Shown here: in pieces, positions 26,145-39,070 of the stretch
Position numbering within the stretch: the first letter of the stretch is position 1
Layout: every line of letters begins with the position of its first letter
Origin: Setoptus koraiensis
Taxonomy: Eukaryota > Animalia > Arthropoda
NCBI GenBank assembly: GCA_048013815.1
Contig: CM106585.1
Location: 1,550,001 to 1,614,000 of the forward strand
Length of the DNA: 64,000 bases
Direction of reading: 5' to 3'
The notes under the pieces: generated by a model
What the model saw: the letters and a program-made list of their open reading frames with translations, nothing else
Database searches by the model: none
Told to the model about the DNA's origin: nothing
Translations under genes and position numbers: made by a program

Positions 26145-28562
26145 TCGATTGCTGCTTATCTAAAACTCTCTATTGAGCAAAATGTTTCTGGTTCTTTCAG
26201 TAGGGTGACTATGTAATTGGGTTCACTATTCGCTCTAGACTGACAAGAATAGTGTGATCTGAATGACGTTTTATAATAATCCGAATCTCTTATCTGATTT
26301 TCCGCAGAACATATGCTCCACATATGGACTAGCCAATCTAATGATATATGGGTGTAGTCATCTAGAATATTATCGATATTGAGATAATGCATTTGTTCCA
26401 TTTGGCGGCGTACTATAAAACGATGAATGTATTACCATGCACCATCATGCTTGCATTTATTTGTCGCTTCGACCACAAACATGTAGAACATCACATGCAG
26501 TAGCCAATTGTTAATCATCGTGTCACTCATTATCTTTATGGATATCGATGGTAAATCAAGTCAAATAATCAATGATTTCACGAAATTTGTACATATCTAC
26601 AAACAATGACTATCATATCAATCCAATCTCGGTTCTTGAGAGTCGTCATCTAAATTGGATGACAGCTTCCAGATAATATATATTGTTTCGCATGCAATAC
26701 AATATAAATATAAAATGTAGACGATCTTAAATCAATAATAATAATGAACTAAATTGACAAAGTCAATCAACTTATCTAGTTCGTATCTATTCATCCGTCG
26801 CTATCCAGCCATCTCAAATCACAACATTTCGATGAGGGACTCCTACTTTTGACTTTGGCTACAAATGTTTGCAGCGTGCTATTTTCGATGATACATCAAT
26901 TTAATATCCAGTGTGTTACTCGATCTGCCCCATTTACATGTCCAATTTCTTGCCATAACTTTCTTTTTGTTTAATTGGGGCTGGATCAATACCTGGCAAT
27001 CTCTTGTTCTTTTGTAAAACAAACTGTACAGCCGGAGTTATCAAAATCAAACAATGAGACCAACAATAAGATACAAACATGTTCGCATCATTGTTTGATC
27101 CTAACAACAGATATAGCTAGTGACTTTGGTTTATAACCATAGATGGAAGAATGTCCCCCACGAATCTATATTTTACCACTAATGATCTTGAGGTTTCAAA
27201 AACTCTCTTTCGTTAATCTTCTACGATAACAGTTCTTCTGATGAAAACTCTTGGATCTTATTGATCTTTCTCCATTCATCGATTGAATGAAGATCGTCTT
27301 TACAAATTTGATATTGTAAGAATTTTTTTGGTGGTTTCGCTCTAAGGGAGAGTTAAGGAAGTCAAGGAAGTTTTATTATTTTTATTGTATTTATGGGGTA
27401 TCGGCACGAAGAATTAATAATCTACTCCTCATGCATGGTATTGTAGCTTTTCCATGTTTATCATGGCGCCACGACATCAATCATGACGTACAATTGAGAG
27501 CCGCCAGGATATAAGGCCAGTTATATTAAATGTTTTAATAATGACTGGTGGTCCAATATTAAGTGTGTATACTCCGCTCTGGTGATAAAAGGCTTCGCCG
27601 AAAGCAATTATCTGACCAGTTGCACTTTGGCACATAGTTGAGAAAAGTGCGCAAGTGACTAGTGATGAATATGTAAGTAATAGATTATCCAATATGAACA
27701 CCAAAACACTAGATTACTTAGAGTAGAAATAATTTTCTTACTATTGATCGATCTTTTATAGCCTATAATTTTAATGATGACTCCAACTAAGGACCAGCTT
27801 GACGACGATCCTGAACCTCTGGTGCCTTCGAATAAGACAAAGACAAATTGTGCGAAAGATATTATCAAGTGGTTGTTCATAGTCTAAAGCTTACTAACTA
27901 AATAGCAATGGCGAACCGAATGGCTCACCATTGGTAAAAAAGTTTATAAATTCCTTAGGCTACTAGAAGTTTCGTTGTTGCGCACTTTGTCCCTTTGGCC
28001 CAGCCATCCCAACAAAACAATTCATTGTATTGGAACGGGCAATAACAATTGTGTGTTTAAGGATAACTATAGATATTGTCTCAAATTCTCATTGTGAGGC
28101 CTTGCTAATTGTATAGCTACCATGTTATAGTTGTTATTTTGTCCACCACTGAGTAACGAAAAGTGCGAGTTTCTTCCATCACTTACCGCGTAAGTCTACC
28201 AATCTTCAGGACCAAGCTTTGCGTACAAGCAGATGTGAATTTACGTATTCCTGTTGTCATTGAATGGTTTTCTGATAAAGTTTAATTTTTGCTAATGTTT
28301 TGTCCTGGCAATTGTCTGTCAATTCGATGGCCTATGTGTGATTGTGCTGAATTTGCGGCAGTCTAGCGACTACCAAATAAATTGAAAGTTTGCGAAATGC
28401 CGGAATATAATTAAAAACAAGTATAATATCTTAGCTAGACAATGTTGCTTTTGTCGAACGAACAAGGTTGAATCCATAGATGGAATATATAAAGTGTTGG
28501 CGAATTTTCGCCAATGCAGAATCGTTGAGAGTATCAACGAATACTTTAGGGTTGCAAATATT

Positions 28563-29354
28563 ATGACATACAATATAATTAAAATGCAAACTCGTAAAGT
28601 ATCAAACAATTCGGTAAAACTAGAGAGATTAGCTGTCCGATCCCAGTTGAGACAATCGGTGAGCAAGCAAAAGCTATCGTTCAATAGTAAGCATAGCTGT
28701 ATAAAACCAGAAGCAAGAATTGAGAAACACAATGACCTATGTCCTCAACAGCAAATAGCTGAGCTGGAGCGAGAAATGGACGGAGAAAAAGAATCGCGAA
28801 TATATTATGAGGTCCGTTGCAAGCGTCTTGAACAAAATTTTGTAACATTAAAAGATAAATTATATGAGATCTTAGCTAATCTCGATAATCCAAAGAAAAA
28901 GCAACAAGTGAACTATTGCGAAGTTATCATGGCAGATTTGGGGATTGAGGATGTCAAAACCAATGTGGATGATGAGGATTGTGAAAATCCAGAATTAAGT
29001 GATGTCGAAAAGAGTGAGTGTATACTCAGAGAGACGAAACGACTCAAACAGTTAGTGATCGAACAAAAGAAGCAAATAGAATTATCAGAAATAAGCTTAC
29101 AAAAACTTGAAAAGGAGAAGCAAGAATTGGAATTTAGTTTGCGAATATCAAAAAATCAACAAGATCGAGATTCAAGACTGGCTGATCTTAAATCAAGAGA
29201 ACAACAACGCCAGATTAGAGACCTTGAGAGGCAGCTTGAGGAAGAACAGTTGCAGAGACGAGCTATGATATGCGCAAATGAATCACTGGAGAGGAATTTG
29301 CGGTCCCTCGTAGAACAAGTTCGAGAATTAAGGATGTTCGCCAGGTATAGATAA
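28563..29354 (+). CDS. Intronless coiled-coil protein of unknown function (~263 aa)
   Basis: A long open frame from ATG 28563 with E/K/Q/L-rich heptad segments (QIAELEREMDGEKE..., LQKLEKEKQELEFSLR..., LERNLRSLVEQVRELR). No family recognised. Confidence 0.7.
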   Translation: MTYNIIKMQTRKVSNNSVKLERLAVRSQLRQSVSKQKLSFNSKHSCIKPEARIEKHNDLCPQQQIAELEREMDGEKESRIYYEVRCKRLEQNFVTLKDKLYEILANLDNPKKKQQVNYCEVIMADLGIEDVKTNVDDEDCENPELSDVEKSECILRETKRLKQLVIEQKKQIELSEISLQKLEKEKQELEFSLRISKNQQDRDSRLADLKSREQQRQIRDLERQLEEEQLQRRAMICANESLERNLRSLVEQVRELRMFARYR

Positions 29355-29553
29355 TGATAGTTAAGGTTTTGGTACATCAAAATAATTATTAAATGAAACA
29401 TTTATTTTTTCATTTATTAATCAATGTGAAGTGAGTTTTTTTTACAATTGTTAACTGTTTCTTTTATAAAGATAACATTAATTTTACAATAATGCTCGAT
29501 TAATACGACGTCTCGTCCAAAGCTTGCTCCGTCATTTACATTATGAACTCATG

Positions 29554-32418
29554 TTAATATCCATCAAGAACGCGCATGTTAATATTCGAGGTATTCATGT
29601 ACCTTTCTTGCAAGCGTCTGAATAGCTTCCATCGAGGTTTTTTCTCCTTGATAACGCGTTCGAACATGTATTCGCTATCCAAACACGACAATTCCGTCCT
29701 GTTGTCAACATGGCAAACACAACATGACCAATTGTATGTTGATGGATCAAATTCAAACATGTCAAAGTATCTGTTGTGTTTCAACTCATTTTTTAAAATT
29801 TCTTGCTCTTTAGTTGTTGGGAATGATGATGTTACCACCATTTGGAATGCCTTGTTGTCCGAGGCTATAGCGCCCCAATTCGATTTCAACTCAGCGACTT
29901 CGGGTGACGAGCATGACAGAGCTGTGTCGGAGTCAGCTTGCATCGCTAGAAACATGAGATGAACCCAAGTACGGGTGTGCTTCGTACGAATACTGTGACA
30001 ATTACTTCTTGACGATAAACAATGCTGACTTCTTCTAGCGCCGCAAACAAAGTGTAGTACAAGATGTTTCTTATTTTTGCGGTCTTCTAAACTGCATCTG
30101 CTAGGAAGAGGTATGTTGTTTTTTACCTTGTTCATAAATACTTTGATCTGGCTGAGATGCTTATCACAAAAGCGTTGAACGACATCCGGGCTAGCATGCA
30201 TTGAGTCATTATATACTGGGGCACCAACTAAAGATTCTTCAACCGGATTTATCTCTGATTTTGTTTGGTATCGCGAGGATTGATTATCCAAAGAGCTCAG
30301 GTTTCTCTTGTATAGGTCTGGTCGAGCATAATATTGCGACGATACACTATTCTTTGATGAGACCTCTGAGTAACCTTGTTCAAGGTTGTTATTACAACTT
30401 TGATAGTTTGTTGTTAATCTGTTGTCATTAAATGTATGACTCTTCGAAACTGAACCCCTCATGCTCAAGTCGGATACTTCTTTTATAGAATAAATATGAC
30501 AGTTAGAAGCAGCACTAGTGTAAGGATTGCTGGGGCATTGTGACATATTACTTGGAGTTGGATCTTGAACATATGGACATCCCAAGCTGTAACAATCGGG
30601 TAAATATGAAGGTGCTTGTAGTCTCTGTATGACGAAATTTGTTGATGAACTAGGGTTTCTGCCAAATGTTAAATTCTGTAATTTAGGTATCCGAACTCGT
30701 CTGTCACTTATTGTTTTTGATTTGCAACATGCTTGACAAGGATGTTTTCGGTTTGTTGCAAAAAAGTTATTGCTTCCAATATTTTTGGAACTTGTACTCT
30801 CAGATTCTTTACCAATTGATAATACTCCATGGCCACTAAGAGGTTGATAAATCGCTGAATCTAATCTAGGAATGTGATTGTAACATTGATTGAATTTTGT
30901 ATAACTACCATTTGAAGAAGTTGTATTCACAGATGGAGCTATGCCAGAGTCGGAGAAATAACTCTGACCGCATCTTGACTCTATTGACGTCGGGCTGGTA
31001 GGAGAGGGCAGTGGTTTGAATCTATCTGGAATAGCATAATTATTTATAAAGTCTATCCTTGAGGGGACCTTCCTTGTGAAATTATAATTAGAGCAAACGC
31101 TACTATGATTTGATGAGTTTTGATTTGAAGGGAAGAAATTCTTGTCTGTCTGAGTTACTCCATTTTCATCAGATATCCTTTCATCAATAATCGAAAGTTG
31201 AGTAATATATGTCTTAACCGATGGGAGCATAGCCAGATTTCTTTTTGAGTTTATGATATCGATTATTAGCTTGAGCTCTTTCTGTAGAGTATACGGCGAT
31301 GTTCGAACTATTGAGTTCATTTCTCTCAATAGCATGATAATGTTTGTTTGATCCGCCGAACCTACCAAGCGAGATAGACAATTCAAACACTCTGAAGATT
31401 TCTCTTTGACGTTTCGGCCAATAATTCCAAAGAATTGAGCACATGGTGGTAATACGTTTGGCCTTCCAAGACAGACGTCAGTAATTTTATCAAGATAACT
31501 CGAGAGTAACTTCGGGTTGGATTGTGCCATGTCCAACAGAATTTGTAACGTTGGATAAACTGTCTGGTGATGAGATAAGCATCGAATAAAGACTGGTAAA
31601 TTCATTTCTAACAGAGAGGGATTGGTTTTAGACATCAAACTGAATAAATTCAATAGTGGCAGCCTTTCAGGTATTTCACAATGGGGCAACAGGCACGTTA
31701 GCGCCATTACATGCTCGTGGAATTGCTTTCGGTCCGATATAATAGCATAAATTTTAGGCAAGACCCTAATGAGGCAGTGGTTTCCTCCAATGACTGAGTC
31801 TATGATAATTTGAGTATAGGGAATCAATATGTCGGAATTATGTATGACCGTCAATGAGAGATATGAAGCCAAATTTTTCGAAAGTTCTTTGTTGCCTCGA
31901 TGCAAGAACTTGACAGCAACCGGCACCACCTTGGTCATGATATTTTTTGAATTGTGATTCAGAAAGATAAAAGACACGAGATCGCTGGCTATTTTGGCAT
32001 GTGGTGGATCTTGTCTATCAGTGGACGGTCCGAGATCATGATGCAGACACGATTCAAGCAGGTCGACCAGTGGATCAATGTGGATTTCCAATGTGCCTGT
32101 ATCCCTACAGTGTAACAAAGACAAAGTAATGTAATTAGATTAGATATATTAGCGCTGTCTCTAAGGATCAAGTTAGTTGAAACCTATGTAGTATACTTAC
32201 TTAATGGCGGACAAGACGCGAGCGAGACAAATCTCTACGACGCTTTGGTCGTTGTTATCTAGAAGAAAAGAGTTTGAATTGCTAATTTGTTTCACATAAT
32301 TAATTAGATGTCGCATGTCGGAGACAATGTCGTTGTCATTTATTTGCCTGTCATCAAACAGGTTGAAGGCCTTGCTGAGATCGCGTCTCTCCAACACATC
32401 TACAATTGTCGGATGCAT
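29554..32418 (-). CDS. VEPH1: Melted/VEPH1 ortholog, ~922 aa, PH domain truncated
   Basis: Exons 32418-32201 and 32104-29554 (AA|GTAAGT...TAG|G). The Melted N-terminal motifs are NNDQSVVEICL, DPPHAKIASD and AVKFLHRGNKELSKNLASYLSL. The C-terminal conserved block (WVHLMFL, YFDMFEF...WSCCVC) is followed by IKEKKPRWKLFRR and a stop ~20 aa later. Confidence 0.9.
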
Positions 32419-33147
32419 GTCAGAATGAATCACTTATATCTAACACCTATATAAATTAATAAATTAATAATATGATTATTTTGAGGTTTTATATACAATT
32501 TCTATTGGATTGTTTCTTATCCGATTGTCCAGTTATCTGTTTATCGTCCGTGTAATGCTGTTGTCATTGTTTAACATAATATAAGAAGATTCTGATCATA
32601 TAAGCACTTGTTGCACTTCTGTTATAGTGTCTCGATAATAAGTCTATATTCTAAATGATACACTTAAGAAGAATCAAAAACAATCAGGATAATACAGTAT
32701 TTATGTCAGTTGTATTTTTTTCTTTTTGACAATGAGATCTCATTAGAACTGGTAGTGTTTTAATATAATATTAAATGTGAGTATTCCCAGGGCATTGTTA
32801 TAACAGTAGCCAATGGTCAGTCGCCGATCAAGTTCACATGATAACCTCCACTTCTACACAGTATTACTGTGTGTGGTGTATTGGATTGCTTTTTCTCTCC
32901 GCCAGGGGCGCATCTGGCAAAATAAGATTCACCATTGCCAAGCACAGAGTGTATCGAAAAATGTTCCAGAGCCGGGAGATATATGAGAGAAACGGGAGAT
33001 ATTGGATCTCCCAGGGAGAAATCTCCTGGGACAGTTTTTATTTGTGATCTGATGTTTTCTTTTCTCACTCATTTTGTTTTCTCCAGTTATTAATACTATT
33101 TAAATAAGTATTTGTATTATTATTATTCCCCACTTATTAGTAGCAAA

Positions 33148-33696
33148 ATGGTGCTCACTGATGACATTCATTTGCCCGATGAGAAGGAGCTCAATCACCA
33201 GGAGCTACCCGTTAATGCGTACATCCTGAAGGCCAGCGCTATGCATCTGGGAAAATACTGCGACTTTCAATGTAAGGAGTACATGCTTTGTAGAAAAGAA
33301 GAGAGAGATCCAAGGACATGTCTAAAATACGGACAGGACGTTACAGAATGTGGTATGGATTTCTACAAAAAAGTCAAAAAGAGTTGTAGAGGCGAATTAG
33401 AATGGTACTCATCGTGTTTGGAATTCACCAACAGCGAGACAGCCTATCTAAAATGTCGTAACGAGCAAGCCATTTACGATACATGCATGGATCAGGCTGG
33501 TTTTGAGCGTGCACCTTTTGGTCACTTCTTAAGAGTGAGAGTCCATGAATCGGAACGACCGAAACCCAAACCATTTGTACCTATCTTCCCAGATGCTGTT
33601 GAAGGATTTGACTTTGAAAACAAGGATGTGCCAGAAGTGTCGGTTGGTGGTAAGAGACCATTATTATGGTTGTGGAGCATGATACCAGGTATGTGA
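33148..33696 (+). CDS. NDUFA8: NADH dehydrogenase 1 alpha subcomplex subunit 8, copy A, 182 aa
   Basis: LPDEKELNHQELPV...LKASAMHLGKYC and four CX9C motifs (CDFQCKEYMLC, CLKYGQDVTEC, CRGELEWYSSC, CRNEQAIYDTC). Intronless. Confidence 0.92.
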   Translation: MVLTDDIHLPDEKELNHQELPVNAYILKASAMHLGKYCDFQCKEYMLCRKEERDPRTCLKYGQDVTECGMDFYKKVKKSCRGELEWYSSCLEFTNSETAYLKCRNEQAIYDTCMDQAGFERAPFGHFLRVRVHESERPKPKPFVPIFPDAVEGFDFENKDVPEVSVGGKRPLLWLWSMIPGM

Positions 33697-33758
33697 GCAG
33701 GCCTCGGATGAACAACGTTCTTCCAGTTCCACCAATGATTGTTGCCACCTCCATAATC

Positions 33759-34283
<525 letters not shown>

Positions 34284-34756
34284 TAATACTCATGAGAGCT
34301 AGGCCTCATGCCTAACGAGGTTCAAGCAGTTTATGAAATAATTCAATCGATCGGCGAACGGTGCGGATTGGGATCATCAACATTCGCAGCTTCAACATTT
34401 ACGATGGGAGCTATTTAAATTAGTAATATACATCAGATATAATTTGTAAGAAATATCTTCAACAATGCAAAATCCCAATAATGATTGAAGCAGTCGATTG
34501 ATTGATTATAATGATTTTATTAGGTCAAACAACGCTTTCGCAGATTCCTTACTTCACTATTTGTAAATAAAGCAAACATCCTGCAAGAACCACATGTGCT
34601 CCACACATATGCTTGCAATTTATTTTTCGTATCCGCGCAAGACGCGCATTTTTTTTTTTTTTTTCATTCGATTTCTCCGATGTTATCATAAATATAGACA
34701 GAATATAATAATTAATTGTTAACTGTTACAAATTAGGTTAATTTAATCAGATCAAA

Positions 34757-37700
34757 ATGGAATATCTTCAAAATACGAAAAATATCAGGAACATATTGAT
34801 ACTTGCTCATGTGGATCATGGAAAAACCACCATAGCCGACTCACTAATTGCTAGTAATGGTATTATTTCCAAGAGAATGGCTGGAAAAGCCAGATATATG
34901 GACGATAGGACAGATGAGCAAGAACGTGGTATTACAATGAAAAGTAGTAGTATAGCCTTAAAGCATTCCATCGACGATCAAAGATATTTGATCAATTTAA
35001 TAGATTCTCCAGGCCACGTTGATTTCTGTGGCGAGGTATCGGCAGCTGTACGTCTCTGTGACGGGGCTCTCATAGTGATCGATGTCGTCGAGGGAGTTTG
35101 CCCACAAACCAAGACCGCCCTGGAACAAGCCTGGAACGAGGGTATCGAGCCGATTCTTGTTTTCAACAAGATCGACAGGTTGATCATAGAGCAAAAGTTG
35201 GATGAAACTGCCGCCCATCTCAGGCTCAATCAATTATTAGAACAAGTCAATGCAATTGTAGCAACTTTACTGACAACTCAACTGTTTACAGATCAGGAAG
35301 AACAAGAATCCAAAGTAGAGCCAACCGTTGAAACAACATCAAAGCTCACAGTATCAGATAGCCATGTCTATGATTGGGCTAGTGCCATCGAGGACATCGA
35401 CGACGATAAGTATTATTTCATGCCAGAAAAAGGAAATGTCGTTTTTGCCAGTGCTATCGATGACTGGGCTTTCACTATAAGTACATTTGTCGAAATTATA
35501 AATTCAAAGCTCAATATAAACAAGAACGCTCTTCAAAAGACATTATTTGGCGATTATTACATTGATGCCAAGCAAAAGAGAATCGTCAAGAATGCGCAAG
35601 CTAAACTTCGTAAAACTTTGTTTGTTTCCCTTATACTCAGATATATCTGGAAAATTTACGGCAGTGTCATGGCTCAGACCAACACCGTTTTCCTCGGCGA
35701 AGACAAGGAAAGTCTTGCAGATATAAGCAAAAAGTTAAATATTACCGTCAATCCAAGAGATATTAATCATAGCGACAACAGGCATAAGCTAAGACATGTG
35801 ATGAGCAACTGGCTACCTTTATCTAGGCATGTCTTGGATTGTGTAGTTAAATTGGTGCCAAACCCACAGCAGCTAAGTGAGAAACGTGTTGAAAGATTAT
35901 TGAGTTCTAATTTTAAGAAATTTCACCAATTATCAAGTGAGACACAATCGTTGAAGAAGGATTTCATGCAATGCTCATCCTCTGACGGCATTCCAAAGGT
36001 TGCTTATATATCTAAAATCTCACCTTTCGAAAAGAAGACTAAAGGAGGGACGGAATCAGAAATTATTTTGATAGCCTTCGCTCGAATATTCAGTGGCAAA
36101 CTATCTGTAGGCGATAAGCTATTTGTTCTTGGACCTAAACATGATCCTAGTAAGTTTATAGATGTGACAACTATAGATCCCAACAAGAGGCTAGAAGACC
36201 TGGACGTCGATGAGCATGTCACCGTGGCAGAGATCAAAAAATTGTACATTCTCATGGGTAGAGATATTGAAGAAATAGTACACGCTAATGCCGGTAATGT
36301 TATTGGCATTGGTGGGCTGGAATCTCACCTTTTAAGAACAGCCACAATATCAGATAGGATCTACTGTCATCCATTTAACGATCTTCATTTGCCTGCAAGT
36401 CCGATATTAAGGGTCGCCATTGAACCTCAGGATCCTAGAGAGATGCAGCATTTGATCAACGGTTTGAAGTTACTGAATCAAGCAGACCCTTGTGTAGAGG
36501 TTAAATTGCAACAAACTGGAGAGCATGTAATCATAGCCACTGGAGAGGTGCATCTGCAAAAATGTGTTGAGGATTTGGAACAACGATATGCCAAGATTGG
36601 TTTGAATGTGTCTTCTCCGATCGTGCCATTCCGTGAAACAATTGTCCTTCCACCGAAGACCGATATGGTAAATGAAACTATCGACGATACAAACCTAGAA
36701 ACAAGTGCCTTAAGAAAATTAACTCTCAAGACTCCCATAGAATTATTCACGCCCAATAGAAAATGCTGTGTTAAAATAAAAGCCTCACCATTACCTGATG
36801 AGGTCTCGAAACTACTACTCGATAGTGTTGAGTTACTGAGGTTCATCGCACGTATATTAACCTCTCACCATAGGTCTACAGTCTACGAACAGATGACTGA
36901 TATCAACATGAAGAAAGTTGACGAATTTAAGAGTAAATTAACGGAGGCCTTCAAAAACTCTGTGATCGACAATGCAGAATTGTCAAATCTATATCCAACC
37001 GATATAGTGAATCGTATTTGGTCCTTCGGTCCAAAATATTCTGGATCTAATTTGCTAGTGATAGATTCTAGTTTAGATTTGCAATTCAATATATGGAATA
37101 AACTTAAAAAAGATCCTACAAGTGGTAGTCTAGAGCTAGAGGTTGACGATCTCAAATCATATGAGGATAGTTTTGTGAGTGGCTTCCAACTGGCTACTCA
37201 ATCTGGACCCCTATGTGAGGAGCCTATGATGGGCGTTTGTTTTACTGTGCACGAATGGGCTAGTACAATGAAAGATAACTCATCGCATCACGTTAATCTA
37301 GAGCAACATGAGGACGAGGATAGTTGCGGCGATGACAACAGTTCCTCTAGATCAGAAGATCAACAGAAAATCGGGAATCACAACAGTAGAGACTACTTTG
37401 GACCAATGAGTGGACAAATCATTTCAACAGTTAAGGATTGCTGTCGCAGGGCTTTCCAGGATGAACCGCAACGTCTGATGTCACCCATGTACTCTTGTAC
37501 CATTCATGTTACTACAGAGATGCTTGGTAAAATGTATGCCGTTCTGGGTAGACGTCACGGTAGGATATTGTCTAGTGATATGAAAGAAGGTAGTCAGACG
37601 TTTGAGATTATAGCCGTACTACCTGTCATAGAGAGTTTAGATTTTGTGAATGAAATACGCAAGCAGACAAGCGGTATGGCCAATCCACAATTGTTATTCA

Positions 37701-37900
37701 GTCATTGGGAGGTGATTGATGTGGATCCATTCTGGACACCCTCCACAGAGGAGGAGTATTCGCTGTTTGGCGAGAAAGCCGATACAGAGAATCAGGCGAA
37801 AAAATATATGAACTTGGTGCGAAAAAGAAAAGGTTTAGCCCTGCAGGAGAAAATTGTCGAGCATGCCGAAAAACAGCGAACAATTAAGAAGAATAAATGA
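34757..37900 (+). CDS. EFL1: Elongation factor-like GTPase 1 (EFL1/Ria1, 60S maturation), intronless, 1047 aa
   Basis: IRNILILAHVDHGKTTIADSL, RYMDDRTDEQERGITMKSS, INLIDSPGHVDF, NKIDRLI, and the C-terminal KQTSGMANPQLLFSHWEVIDVDPFW...RKRKGL...KIVEHAEKQRT. Confidence 0.96.
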   Translation: MEYLQNTKNIRNILILAHVDHGKTTIADSLIASNGIISKRMAGKARYMDDRTDEQERGITMKSSSIALKHSIDDQRYLINLIDSPGHVDFCGEVSAAVRLCDGALIVIDVVEGVCPQTKTALEQAWNEGIEPILVFNKIDRLIIEQKLDETAAHLRLNQLLEQVNAIVATLLTTQLFTDQEEQESKVEPTVETTSKLTVSDSHVYDWASAIEDIDDDKYYFMPEKGNVVFASAIDDWAFTISTFVEIINSKLNINKNALQKTLFGDYYIDAKQKRIVKNAQAKLRKTLFVSLILRYIWKIYGSVMAQTNTVFLGEDKESLADISKKLNITVNPRDINHSDNRHKLRHVMSNWLPLSRHVLDCVVKLVPNPQQLSEKRVERLLSSNFKKFHQLSSETQSLKKDFMQCSSSDGIPKVAYISKISPFEKKTKGGTESEIILIAFARIFSGKLSVGDKLFVLGPKHDPSKFIDVTTIDPNKRLEDLDVDEHVTVAEIKKLYILMGRDIEEIVHANAGNVIGIGGLESHLLRTATISDRIYCHPFNDLHLPASPILRVAIEPQDPREMQHLINGLKLLNQADPCVEVKLQQTGEHVIIATGEVHLQKCVEDLEQRYAKIGLNVSSPIVPFRETIVLPPKTDMVNETIDDTNLETSALRKLTLKTPIELFTPNRKCCVKIKASPLPDEVSKLLLDSVELLRFIARILTSHHRSTVYEQMTDINMKKVDEFKSKLTEAFKNSVIDNAELSNLYPTDIVNRIWSFGPKYSGSNLLVIDSSLDLQFNIWNKLKKDPTSGSLELEVDDLKSYEDSFVSGFQLATQSGPLCEEPMMGVCFTVHEWASTMKDNSSHHVNLEQHEDEDSCGDDNSSSRSEDQQKIGNHNSRDYFGPMSGQIISTVKDCCRRAFQDEPQRLMSPMYSCTIHVTTEMLGKMYAVLGRRHGRILSSDMKEGSQTFEIIAVLPVIESLDFVNEIRKQTSGMANPQLLFSHWEVIDVDPFWTPSTEEEYSLFGEKADTENQAKKYMNLVRKRKGLALQEKIVEHAEKQRTIKKNK

Positions 37901-38570
37901 TAGGCCAGCTCAAAGAAGATTAAAAAAGGAGAGATAAAAGGTTATTCTGTCTATTCTAATTGGAGTTGTAACAGCCTTGTGGCCTTTATTTATTTTGCTG
38001 ATGATCTCTTAATAGGGAAAAAGAGAAAGGAAAAAAAGTAAACAACTTGGATCGGTACTTACAAACTTGAGAGCAAACATAGGACGCAGTTGTGCAATTG
38101 TAGGCCCGACTATGGGATGAGAGTAGCTAGAGAAGAAGCGCCATATTATGTGGTATGAAGCGCCCGTTAATGGATATGTGCCAACAACCTGAAGGTAAAC
38201 TGATTGGGCCTGAGGGATAAAACAGACAAACTCGACATGAGAATGAAAAAAAAAACGGGAACAATGTTGCGCGAATGCGTAATGGTTTCGTAACGCACCA
38301 TACACAATCAATAATCATAGAACGGTTTGGGCAACTTAGGTGAGGCAACAACGGATAAAAGATTCTTCTTTAATGTTGCCTTAATACGACTGTGCCTTTG
38401 ACTTGTCTAGTCTATATATTATGCGTATGTGTTCCAGTTTAGGTAGTTGCGTTTGAAAGCTTATGTTTGGGGCCAGCCCAATTGTAACTCGCAACAGAAT
38501 GGATTGCAAATAAAACGAGCGCACACTATTTTTGAATGCATTCCCAACAATATACCACATTTATATATAT

Positions 38571-39070
38571 NNNNNNNNNNNNNNNNNNNNNNNNNNNNNN
38601 NNNNNNNNNNNNNNNNNNNNNNNNNNNNNNNNNNNNNNNNNNNNNNNNNNNNNNNNNNNNNNNNNNNNNNNNNNNNNNNNNNNNNNNNNNNNNNNNNNNN
38701 NNNNNNNNNNNNNNNNNNNNNNNNNNNNNNNNNNNNNNNNNNNNNNNNNNNNNNNNNNNNNNNNNNNNNNNNNNNNNNNNNNNNNNNNNNNNNNNNNNNN
38801 NNNNNNNNNNNNNNNNNNNNNNNNNNNNNNNNNNNNNNNNNNNNNNNNNNNNNNNNNNNNNNNNNNNNNNNNNNNNNNNNNNNNNNNNNNNNNNNNNNNN
38901 NNNNNNNNNNNNNNNNNNNNNNNNNNNNNNNNNNNNNNNNNNNNNNNNNNNNNNNNNNNNNNNNNNNNNNNNNNNNNNNNNNNNNNNNNNNNNNNNNNNN
39001 NNNNNNNNNNNNNNNNNNNNNNNNNNNNNNNNNNNNNNNNNNNNNNNNNNNNNNNNNNNNNNNNNNNNNN
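38571..39070. other. Scaffold gap (500 N, nominal length)
   Basis: Run of N. Confidence 0.99.

Noticed and set aside
32817-33068. Opposite-strand ORFs of 69-83 aa upstream of NDUFA8 copy A
   Set aside because: No recognisable motif, and no start or splice context supports either strand.
38009-38351. Exon-like segment downstream of EFL1
   Set aside because: No frame stays open between plausible splice sites with recognisable protein content.
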